Positions 53,090 to 64,000 of a stretch of DNA of 64,000 nt are shown here, in pieces (within the stretch, counting starts at the first letter, position 1; each line of letters starts with the position of its first letter). The stretch comes from Raillietiella orientalis. Taxonomy: Eukaryota. The stretch is taken from the NCBI GenBank assembly GCA_036172245.1, contig JAYWIR010000007.1, forward strand, positions 3,162,001 through 3,226,000, in the 5' to 3' direction. The notes under the pieces are model-generated. The model did not search any database, was not told where the DNA came from, and saw only the letters and a program-made list of their open reading frames with translations. The position numbers and the translations under genes are program-made.

Positions 53090-56000
53090 TCGCACCAGAT
53101 GCAAGACGTAAAGATGAGGCTGAAAGAAGTCTTCCCGCGCCATGTTCCCTCTCCACGTGCAGTCGGCTCCATCCCTGGCGCGCCCTACCAGCGAACGGAC
53201 CGCGTTTCATTGATAAATTTGCGACCTTGGAGGTCTGGATTTGCATCACTGGACAGGGGATGCGCCCGAAGCGCGCACGAGGCTGTCACACGACAGAAGA
53301 CGGGTCTTCCTTGTTGCTCCCGGAGCCTTTCCACGAGTGAATCTCCTGCTCCCTCGCACGGCACTGTGTGTCTGTTCAAGATCGCATTCCCAGTCGCGAT
53401 TCCGAGACTGTCTTTCCTCAAAGGTCCGTAGCACGTCCACTCCGGCGCGACGCTGGTCTTCCCTCTGCTAAACCACTCCTGACATCACTGCTGATCGCAC
53501 GGAAGTTGGATCCGATGGATCCTGGCAGGATTGCTCCCAAATTCTCATCCGTCGACTCAACTTCACCAATGTCAATGTTTACCAGCGTAGTGTTTGAGGG
53601 AGGAGACTTGTGCAACGTCGACTGTTTAAAGCAAATGTCTTTGGCGTCGTGGCCAACCACGTTAAGTGGACTCGAAGGACTGTCACATCCTTTTCAAGGA
53701 GTACCACATATCAATCAAATCATTCTGCTAAAGTATTAGTGGCTCTGTTTCGTAGATCCGAGCACTCCTTGAAAAGTTGCCTTATGCTACTGATCGGGAG
53801 CGTCTACTCCCCTGCCCTGAAAGCTAATGTTGCACCAGACAGGGGGAATCAAGGAAGATCTCAGGACATTAATTTCCTGCAAAAAATGAATACTGGTATT
53901 GATCATAGTCATTTCTTTGGCTATCATGTGCTGCCTAGTTGGTTTCGATAGGGACAAGTCTGGACCAAGCTGCATGGAAGGTACGGTGGTGCTTGCAAGT
54001 TTCCATGGAGGACTTCCATGGAAACTTGTAAGCAACACCGTACTCACCGGTCTCGTTCGTTATGAAAGGTACTCTTCCTGACTCTCTTTGGTGTCGCTGC
54101 CTCCTCGCGCACTTTCTGGGACAGCTCTGCTTTTGCGCGTAGCTCGGGAAGCATCTGAGGCGTCTGCAAAGCCATTTTCTGTTTACGTGATGAGTGTCAG
54201 GTCATCGGCCCAGGCTGACAAAATCTCGAAGGTCTGTCTCAGCCTTTGGAGAATTCGTTCGACTGACAGACTGAAAGGAACCTTCGAGATCTTTGAGCAC
54301 GGAGCGGAAAAGCCCGCACTGCTCTCCTGCAAATCTGAATGCTCCCTGTAATTTGAGATCCTCCGCGCTCAAGAACATGCACATCCTCGTAAACACCCTC
54401 TCCTGGTTCCTTCGAAAACTTTTCCCAGTTTGCTTTCTTGCAGGAGAACGGTCTCGCAGTTCATGAGGTAGCAGGCGCATCTGCGATGACTCTATGGGAG
54501 TTTTCCGAGAAAACCTCCCTGTGGAGTCGGATCTTGTTAGATGCATGAAGTTCTGTTCGAAGACAACGGAAAGCAGAATGATTGCTTTTTCTGCTGCTGC
54601 CAAGCATTCCTTCTGTCGATGGTCCATGCTCTTAGTTCCTGCAGGACGCATTTTGCATGTTCACGGGCACTGCCGACGCAGGCCTCCAATCACTGACTAC
54701 TCCTAGTGCTGCAGATGATTTCGGAAGATAACCTTCGGTCGCCATCAACTCTTTGGAGTTCTCCCCCTCGACAGGTATGTGCTAGTGAGGGAAATGAGCA
54801 GCACTGTCTTTGGATCGACCGACGCTCCATCCCTTCTCCGTAATCCCATCCGATCCTAGAGATGAAGTATCCACAGAGTGAAAGCACTACGGGTACATCT
54901 TCCACCCCAAAGGGAGTGGGTTTCACTAGGAGACCGACTCCGCTTGTCCCTCTTCTGATGTTTGCTATTTGTGTCTCGAAGTCTTTTACAAAATATCCTT
55001 GTTTCTTTTACTGGAGTCTTACACTGCGCGTATGCTGATCTGGTCGTTATTTGCATCATTCTTTATCGGTTGGCCCAGCAAAATCTCTCCTGTGCCTTCT
55101 GTTCGTTTGTTTGTTAGATCAATCATCTTTCACGCTACCTGAAATTTCCCGGGTAATTGAAGCAGCTACCTTCCAAAACGGAACAGAACCCCTCCGCGCT
55201 GCATATTGGATTGCTCTTTCTCTTTCATCTGAGGACCTTCAGCGTCATTCTTCAACGTTTCGGTTGGCTCACCTTTTCCTGCAACATCTGGCTTGGCTGT
55301 GACAAGACGAGGAACATCACCACTCTTCAGCAGGGACGGTACTTAAGGAGTGCACTTATTGCGGGACAGTGGACACCCCTTTGCACGTGCTTCTTGGAAT
55401 GCGGAAGGCTGCGTTGTGAGAGGAGGCAAAATCTCTGAAGCACTTCAGCTCCTGGGATGCTGCGGGAAGGGTTTGTGTAAAGGACTGCCAGCTTTCTCCT
55501 CTTTGGCGATTTTCTGAAACGCGAGAGCAACGGCGACTACCATGATGGAGGGATAGCATGGCCGTCGTCCCAGGTAGCCGTTTGAAGTCTCCCATCGCCC
55601 GGTTGCGGAGTGCAATGAGATGTCCCTCTCAAAACCTGAGGTGCAGGGAAACATCATGTCCACTGCGGGCAGACTAACCTAGCACCCTAGAAAGGCGTTT
55701 TATCGCGCATCCCTTCCTCCCGACGCAGCCCTCGAGAACTACGTTCAGTGGCGTGAAACCGATCCCATTCCCACTTAATCATTTATTTATTGGCCCTCCC
55801 TTCTCTCCTGCACTCTTCCTCTGTTCTGTCCCCAATGAGGTCACTCCCTTTCGTTTCGGGCAAGCACATGACGGTCCTTCTATAGCTGCATAAATTAAAT
55901 TTTATTTATTTATTCTAAAAGCAAATGGCCCCGTAATCCGGGATGAAAAGGATTTGTTGGGACTTGCGAATCCAAGATTTCCGTTACCTTGCTTTCGTTG

Positions 56001-56170
56001 TTCTTCTCATGGATCCTCTTGATCCCTCTGGCACCATGATGTACAGCTGATGTTCCAGATGCCTGGATCCTTCCTGTAAAGGACTTTGTCGTTCCACCCT
56101 GAGGGGTCTTTCCCACGGGAGAGATGGAGTCTCGTCCGTGCTCATTAACTTGAGCAGTGCGATCCTGGAC
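53090..56170 (-). mobile_element. Near full-length decayed CR1/L2-like LINE ORF2 fossil
   Basis: Motifs in order: MGDFK (APE GDFN, 55595); PAGTKSMDHRQKECL..LSVVFEQ (cf. GPDxIxPRxLKEC..IF); VLKDLEGSFQSVS (cf. LDFxKAFDSV); PWKLASTTVPSMQLGP (cf. WxxVxSGVPQGSVLGP); EVESTDENLGAIL (cf. EKDLGV); RARQGWSRLH (cf. RVVxxWNxLP). Confidence 0.65.
53981..54043. repeat. 29-bp inverted repeat with 5-nt spacer (hairpin)
   Basis: gtacggtggtgcttgcaagtttccatgga-ggact-tccatggaaacttgtaagcaacaccgtac; 27/29 Watson-Crick pairs. Confidence 0.95.
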
Positions 56171-57599
56171 GTGCAACCCAGTAGTGCGTCTGGAGGGAGT
56201 TCTTTCCTATCCTGACGAGTGTTCCTCTAAGAATCTGCTACGGAGGTTCTTCCTCACCTACAGGCTTTCTTCCTCCCATCCCATCCTCCGTTTGTGAAAT
56301 GGTCACATTTTGACGCTTTATTTGCAAGATGGAGGAAGTCATTTTTATTTGGCTACTTTTTTTTGAGCATTTTTATTGGCAATGCATGTTGATGGGATTC
56401 ACAAACAATCGACCAGGGGATTTTCCATCGTCTCAGCGCGACCATCCTCAGCGTCTGATCCTCAGAATTCTAAGCGTAACTGATACAGAGTAGTCTTCGC
56501 CTGCTGGAAGAACACAACGTCGTAATGATTCTCATACCAATTGCAGTGATGCGGAGAAGGTGAAATCGACCCATGCAGCCACTATGAAACCCGTGAAACG
56601 GAATAGGAAGGTAATTTGAAGATTTGGCCTCAAGCTCAATGACTAGGCTCACTTTTGCTCTTAACTAGGCAATGCACTTGTGCCAAATGTACCGAAAATA
56701 AAAGAAAAAGCAGCCGATGCAAGGATGTGCATTAAATAATTCGTGAAATCGTGTGTTGAAGAGGAGCAGCAGAAGAAAGAAACTACTGCGTCCTCTATCA
56801 ATTCGCTAATGACCCCAGAATCCTTTTCACTTAAGAAAAAAAGAGGAAATGCCATTACCAGAACCGATTCCCTTGGATGGAAAGCATGCTTTCTCGTCAG
56901 GTGCAGCTTTTTTCGATGAGCGTTATGGAAGCGTAGAAGAACCTAATTTTATTTAAGCCTCCGTTCTAATTCTATGAAGAATTGAAAATATTTCATCAGT
57001 GATTTCGATCGTAAATAGTCATGGAATCTTACTGTGAACACAGATTAAATAAAAAAAACATTTTCTAAGCAAAAATGATATAAAATAAGCAACCAATTTG
57101 CTAGATATCTGAAATTTTGCAATCATTCCGAAAGGAAGATCAGAGGGATTGCAGTTGTGCCCCCATCAGAAGATGGGAGTATTTGATTTCAAAGCTTTCT
57201 TTATGAAACCCTCAATGATAAACGAACGTCCTGACCAAAATAGGTCCACATCTCGCGTAGTGCACCTCGGCATATCCCCTTTAAAGGAGAACACTTGAAT
57301 CTCGGTGACTGTTGGTTCATCCACACGTCATGGCTCAATCTCTTGCCCATAGGAGCCGCGTCTATCACACACAGTGAAAAGTGCAGATCAAGAGGTGATT
57401 GGCTCTCATTCATCCTGAATCAGTGCATCTCCAGCCAACCTTTCATCTCAGGGAGGCTCAGCGAGGTAGCGTCTCGAAAGGATTGGGGGCTGGTGGCCTG
57501 CAACCACTCTTAGCCCGGCATGGATTGCCCTCTCACATCCGACACGATCCAGGAAGGAGAGAACTGAGTCGACACCCCGGATGTTGCCTTTCCCTTCGA

Positions 57600-58160
57600 A
57601 AAATCCTAGCGGTTCTGGAAAAAGTCAGGGAAAGGAAAGAAAAGCAAAGGCAGACTACCGGTGCTCCACTTCTGGTCTGAGGGAGTCGCTTTGTCAACGA
57701 GAGAGATCGCAGCGAATCCTCGGGATTTCAGGGAAGGAAGCGGCGCCGAGAGAGCTTCGATATCTCGCACTGCTGGGCGAAACGCATCCACAAGTCCATG
57801 AATTGCATCCATTTCTCCCGTGGCATCTTTTGGACAGTCGTCTGGGACATCGGCTGTGAGGTAGTACCCTCGCATAAACTCTGTTCTCTGCCTGTCGAAA
57901 GAATGGATGAGGATCCGGTAGATATGGTGACGGATCTCCCTCGATGACCAAGGAAAGCTCAACTTCTATATGATGTAAAAATCTGGAGAAAAAGAAGGCC
58001 GTCTGTGAACTTTGTGGCGTTTGTCGAGCAGCAAAACGTGGAGCTCCTCCAGATGTTTGACCGTTCGGCATCATGTTCGGTGATCGTGACGGCATAGAAA
58101 ATGAAGCCGTTTTCGGTGTCAAGATTCCGAAACTTTAAGACATATCCTTTTCTCAGGACC
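57600..58160 (-). mobile_element. Decayed MULE transposase fossil
   Basis: GFIFYAVTITEH..TFCCSTNATKFTDGLLFLQIF (cf. DSTHxTNxYDFxLxT), then SSREIRHHIYRIL and ADVPDD..DAIHGLV (cf. MxDD..A..VF). Confidence 0.4.
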
Positions 58161-61100
58161 ATATTGCATTAAAGGAATCCTCTGCGCTTTTCAGAATACC
58201 TCAACAGGCATACCGGTGAAAACCACAGCCTCGCATGGGATAGGAGGAAAAGGCCTTGAAATACTTGTCTCCTCCATAAACTCTCGATAACCACACTCCT
58301 GAAGGTGATTCTGAAGCACGTGGTAGATGACATGTAAAAGGTGGACATGCTTTCCGAACATGCTTTCCAATTGTCCACTTGACGAAGAAGGCACATCCGT
58401 TGTCAGCAACTCTCACAAAAATGATAGTCAATTCTGTGGACATAAACCAGGGATGACTGGTATATGGCCAAAGGGTTGTGAACTGTATTCACACGCGTTT
58501 TCTGGACTCCCTAGAATTTTGGGAAGAGGATGTCATCGATTTCGTCTCTAATTTCGAGAAGACAAAGTGAACTCCATTCTCACCTCCATATTGACACGGA
58601 TACCGACCTTCGTGTTCGTATTTCAAAGAGTTAAGAGGGGCACATTTCGTGCGAGTGGAACTTATTCTTTGAGATAGATGGTAAGTTTATGAGCGATGGG
58701 AGGAGGAATGGATCATTAGTTGGTTCCGGCGACTCTAAGGATCACTTCCTAGAATTGAATCCTTTCCTCGCGTAAGCGAAGTTCACGAGAGGTTCGAATT
58801 CGGTACGAGCTGCAGTTTCTTCGTGTCAGGTGACTTTCATTCGAATTTTCTCCTTGCTGACGTCGCCTCATGTAAAGATGATCATCGCAGCTGCATCACA
58901 GGACAAATTGCTGTGTTAGCTCAATAAAGAGGTCCATTCATCATGCATCATTTTTGTATCTTGAAGAATATTTAGGAGCTATAACTATTATTTAAAAAAA
59001 AGATGAGAAGTATCACTTCAAAAGTTTGATGTGCTTTCCCTTCCCGTTTGTTCCTTAGAGGAGCATTTCGTGTGCGGACTTTAGGGGTCTTTGTTATCAT
59101 TCACCCTACAAAGGGAAATAGTTTTCGAAATCTCATCAACCCTAGAATGAAGGGATGCCTTCAGTATCTACTTGTCTTCAGTATCTCTCGCTCCTCTCGC
59201 ACTTCCCACAAGCATCTACTGGGAGTCAAAAGTTTTCTAGAAGAGCCACAGTGCACCTCCAGGATGACTAAGAGACACAACACCAAGAACTGAAGAAAAT
59301 GTGGGGGATTTTTTTTTTTTTCTTTGTCAACGTGCACAGAAAATTCCCAGACTGAGATCCCTGCGTATGAGATACAGCACCTCAGATTTCCTTTTCCCAG
59401 AGTGTTTCCTTTCTGTTTTCAGGAAAGCACCGCTTCCATTTATCAATTTCTTCAGACGCTATGTACAACTGCCGTGCCCTTTACTCTGGTTGCCGCTTTG
59501 CCTTCTTGTCGTGCTGAAGAACGCATTTCCTGCTCACACAGAGAGCGCGTTACTCGCGATACGGAAACGGGGTAGCCGCGGGAGCAAATCTGGGATTACA
59601 GACGAGGGAGGAAAAACTCTGTGTGGAGGTGCAGATTTCTGAGCTCAGGAGCATGGAAACAAGGGGCCTTCGATACAAGTCTTCTCCATGCCCTTCAGCC
59701 TCCTGCAGCTCGATGTCAGAAGAAACAAAGCAGTGCACCGCGGAAAGATTATTCCGAGTCATGATTTTCAAAAGAATTACATCCGTCTAAAGAATCTCAT
59801 CTGGCTCCTCACGGTGGCATCTTCCTTTTGCTACTTTGAATTTGAAGAAACGTGCAAGGCGTCGTCTGAGACGCTGAAGCCTCAATGCTGGAAGGCCTTC
59901 TCGGAGAAAACAAATGCTTAACGGAATCCACGTTAGACCGAATTGCTTCCAGGAGCTCTTTCGTTTCGATGGCAACAGAGACAGTAACACCATCATACTA
60001 CGATGAGAATGCTCCCATCACCTACACAACCCAGCTGGGTTGGTAACTGGAAAAGGAGCAGCTTCACCGATGAATTTTCGAAAACAGTAAAAAAAAAAAA
60101 AAAAAAAAAAAAGAGCAGGGTTAGCATGCAAATCAACCAGGGACGTTGGTGTTTGACGTTCGAATCGGAACTCGAAAGAAGCCATCCAAGGCAAGTTTCA
60201 CACTTTCATAAGAAATAAAATAAAAGAAATTCAGCTACTTTTTTTTTTCGTTGCCCAAACAGTGCGTCAAGGAACCTGTGGGAATGTGGGGCAGAGAGAA
60301 GTCGTTCTTTGCTCTGATTGGAACAGGTCGATGAGGGAAAAAGAATTCCTATGCCACTCCACCGTGGAGCGCCGAGTGAATGCTCCAAGAAGAACGAACT
60401 CAGAAGTTCCCATAAAAGAGCACGGAATTCAGACGTTGCAAGCAGAACACTCGTAACTTTCCCGTTCAGGCAGATCGGCGGATATCGGGAATCTTAACGA
60501 GGCAGTGGAAGATGCGCGCCGTGAGGGAAGCAAGCTGACAACCTCGAAAAAGGAAAACGGAACAAAGCAGGAAAAAAAACAGAAACAAAAAGGAACCATC
60601 TCCTTGTTGCTTCTTAGAACTTACCTTCTTCTTCTTCTTCAAAGTACCTCAGTTACGAAGCTTATTGAAAATCAGCCGACTCCTAAATTCTTGTGAGCGG
60701 AAACGTCTTCGCGAACCTCTAGGTCAACCGATCTGGAGGAGGAAAACTCTGCATTGAGGTTGGTCGGAAAATGCCGTTCCCGGAATTCACTTGGAGATCA
60801 ATTAGAGATCTTGACCTTTTCTCTTAAGACTGGGGAGGGAAGCTGGAGGAAGGGGGATACTCGGTTTTCTATGACTCAATGCCCACCCAATAAATGTTAT
60901 AGAAGTTGAGGATTACCCAAATTCTACTGCTTGGACATGGACGTACAGTACCGTTCACTGTAAATGATGTCGCTACTGCCCTTTCAACAACAAAGAATTT
61001 CATTTTCTGCAACGAGAGAAGCACTCTGACGCCAGCCAACCGTCTCTAGTAGGTTGGCTCCGTGAGTTCCATGTACGAAGAAGAGCGGTGGCTTTCCTGA

Positions 61101-61249
61101 GTGAAATCGGGGAACAGTATTTTCCGATCAACCTCAATGCAACGTGTTCCGCCTTCGAGCTTACCTTTCAGTAAAGGAGGATCCTGAAGAACTGCAGGTG
61201 AATCAATCGGATCAGCTTATCAGATATCTCTTTCGGACTTTAGCATTGA

Positions 61250-62770
61250 GGGACTGCAAGTTTGCCCTTAAACCCACTTTTCAGAACCCTTCCCCATCTT
61301 CGAGGCAATCGATGAAGTTCTTTGGAAGAAAGCTACGCATTCCTCTTGGATTCGATTTTTCGAAAGAGCGTCTGAGAACAGGAGATGAGGAACGCTTGTT
61401 TTCTTGCCTTCTGGAAGACAGCAGAAAACAAGAAAAGACAATCTGCACAGCAACCTGATTCTGTAGTTCGAAGCCTTTGGTGGAAATTACTTAAATTTTT
61501 GATTGCTGGACCAAAACGAGGGACCCTTAACCGTGGAAGACTCATCAGGTCTCTGCAGCTCGTTCCATCTTAGCCAGCTTGGCTTTTTCCCTGAGCTTCA
61601 GCAATTCTGTCTCAGTTTGCCTCGAGAAGATGAAAAACTTCACCAAGTTTGGAGTGGATGAGAATAGAGAAAAGAATGCTGAGAACGTTTCCCAACACTT
61701 ACCGTCGAATGTGATCTTCAGAGCTTCTTTTCCTTGATTTCGATTATTTCTTTCGTTAGCTTCGAAAGGATCTTCTTTCAGTTTGGTTTTGGAAAACATA
61801 ACTGTCTTGACATTTTTATTATCAGAATGCATTCTGGCTCGAGCTTTTCGGTACATCTTCAGATTTTTGATATATTCTTTCCAAGGCGCCCAGTAGCGCC
61901 CCATTGATTCTTCCCACGCCTGGCATCCGTTCGCTCACTGCGGCACTCCGCTGTTTCTTCTCTCCGACCTTCCCGCATCCATCTACCGAAATTCTTCATC
62001 GAAACTTAAACCGGCTGGTCGATTATTTGATTTCGACTTCCGTTCATCACCTGGAGCATCTCCTACGCATCTGATACGGTTTTTTCGTCAAGCAAGGGCG
62101 AACGATCTCTCATGAAATCATTCACTCTTCTTCTATTCCTGCAATCATTTTCTCCACCTTCTTGCTCACTGCACTCTCGTTTTGGTTCAGCAATTGAAAA
62201 TCTGACTGATGTCTGTGCAGCAATCGCGCGGAAATCTCGAGCAGCAGTCTGTAGCAAATCCTCATCAGGAAACGGGATTGTTCCCCGGTTTTCTTTGCCT
62301 CCTGCTGGATGTCCGTTTTCTTCCGCATTAAAATGCTTTGCTGCTTTTCAATGCCTGGATGTCTCTTGCTTCTTTTCCTCATTCCTAGACAAACGAATTC
62401 CTCTGCAAACTGGAATATTTGCATTCACAATGAGCACATACAGGAACCTGTCGCTTACAAGACACCCTGCTTCCAACGTCTGCTTTCCCAGGATTCCTTT
62501 TCTGAGACGCCTGTGTCATCCGCTCTGACAAACCTACAAAGGTTCGACCACGTCAGCCAAGTGGAGTCTCGCCTGCAGCCCAAGTTGTAACCTCCAGCGC
62601 AGTTAGCGTGCACTGGTTGCCCCCACTTCTTGGAACTGGCAACACCCAGTCTGGGGAGATAAGACGCTGGACGAGACACTAAAATGCCTGAGTGGACTGA
62701 GCTAGATGCATCCGAAAAAAAGACAGAAGGATCTTCCTTTGAGATCACGCCAGATGGTTCCCAAACCACG
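61250..62770 (-). mobile_element. Decayed CR1-like LINE ORF2 fossil (APE, linker, start of RT)
   Basis: WKEYIKNLKMYRKARA..KEDPF and ETFSAFFSLFS resemble the CR1 linker (W..Y..YxxARN..KxNPK; LNxxFxSVF). Downstream, WGRVLKS resembles GKVLE. Confidence 0.45.
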
Positions 62771-64000
62771 TGGATCCAAAGGAAAGCAAAGAAGCAAATT
62801 TGATTGATTCTTGAATTTGGAAGATGGAGATGAGCTCAAGGAATTCAGGAGCCTTTCCGGGTACCGTGAAGTTGGGCAAAGATGCCGCAGATTGAGAATT
62901 CGCACCCGATTAGAGCACAGAAGTCGATGTAACTTCTACAGGAAATCGAGTAGACGCTAATGAGTCTACCGCTCATTCAAAAGTACTCGAGCAATCAGGG
63001 AGACGCGACCACAGCAAGAGGATGCTATCCGAGTATCAGTGTTCTGTCCCAAACAAAACTTCCGCCAGAGGCAAAGTATACAAGAGGAAGCATCAACCAG
63101 AGACAGAGAACATTAACATTCGGCTCACAGAATCAATGTCTTCTTTAAGCCGTTGAGGCAAGGACTAGTGATAGGAAAGTAGTGGGAAAATGGATTAGGA
63201 CAATGTATCAGATGGCAGGAGGGAGGAAGTAATGATCGGATTCAGTTAACCAAACGCTAAGAAGGATTTTGTTAAAGGGGAAAATACCAGAAGGAAAAGG
63301 GGGGGTATAGTTAATAATATAGAGTAGTGACTCGAGCGAAGTGGAGTAGAATATCAATCAAAATAACTGGGGAAAACTCCGTGGGCTACAATAAACTATT
63401 ACACAGGTTTCTTACTCCGGCTGTACTGAGGAACCTACCAAAAGCAACATGAGCAAGATTTGCTGTTACTAAGTTCCTCGGGACGGGGGTGCGTTTGCAT
63501 GGAATAGAAGCTTCCCATGGAGAAGTCATGAAGATGAAAACACTCCGAGCAGAATCATGAAGAAGAAAAGAAGGAATTCGCCAAGAAGCCATCCCTCCCT
63601 ATCCACCTTGCAAACTCGGCGCTGCACGGGCGTCACGCCGTTTGGAAGCGCACCGTGCTGTACGTGTGGGCGGGTGACTACTTCAGGCAGGAAACAGAAA
63701 TGTCTTCCTAAAGGTTTGGGAGATTGAGCTATCATGCACTGAAGGTAGAGCCACGCTCGAAGACGGGATTTCCACGTGGCAGCAGAGAGAAAACTCGAAA
63801 CTCTCTGGGACTTTTCCAGGATGAAGTCAAGAAAGGCAGTTTCCTCCTAAAATCAGTCGCTAGAACTTGGCTCGCCATTTTTTTTTTTCTTTCTCTTTTT
63901 TTTTTTTTTTTTTTTTTAACCTTTTTCGAGTAGACAACACATCAGATAAAGTCAGTGCTTCACATCTACTGAGAAATGCTTTGAGCTACGAAGATGCCAA

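Noticed and set aside
60089..60112. Long A/T homopolymers (also ~29700 and ~63880-63917)
   Set aside because: No clear link to an element 3' end or target-site duplication; treated as simple repeats.
1..64000. CRISPR arrays, rRNA/tRNA genes, operons or prokaryotic defence systems
   Set aside because: None seen; the sequence is intron-containing eukaryotic DNA with low coding density.

Overview
Eukaryotic genomic DNA, probably arthropod (inferred from gene content and 55-56 bp GT-AG introns); no prokaryotic features seen. Two host genes are supported. (1) A large minus-strand coding exon (9348->8578) of a TRH-receptor-like class A GPCR (arthropod TRHR/EFLamide-receptor type) covering TM1-TM5 and ICL3; its TM6-TM7 exon was not found in the window. 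(2) A compact three-exon plus-strand gene (45442-45801), missed by the ORF track, with TATA box and AATAAA, encoding an 82-aa secreted Tyr/Gly/His-rich peptide. Much of the rest appears to be heavily eroded transposon fossils, recognised by eye from residual motifs: several LINEs (CR1/L2-like and others), Gypsy, BEL/Pao, mariner, pogo, MULE and a Helitron. Also present: a young 198-bp direct duplication, two diverged copies of an unidentified coding repeat, and several hairpins. All TE calls and boundaries are approximate and need HMM confirmation.
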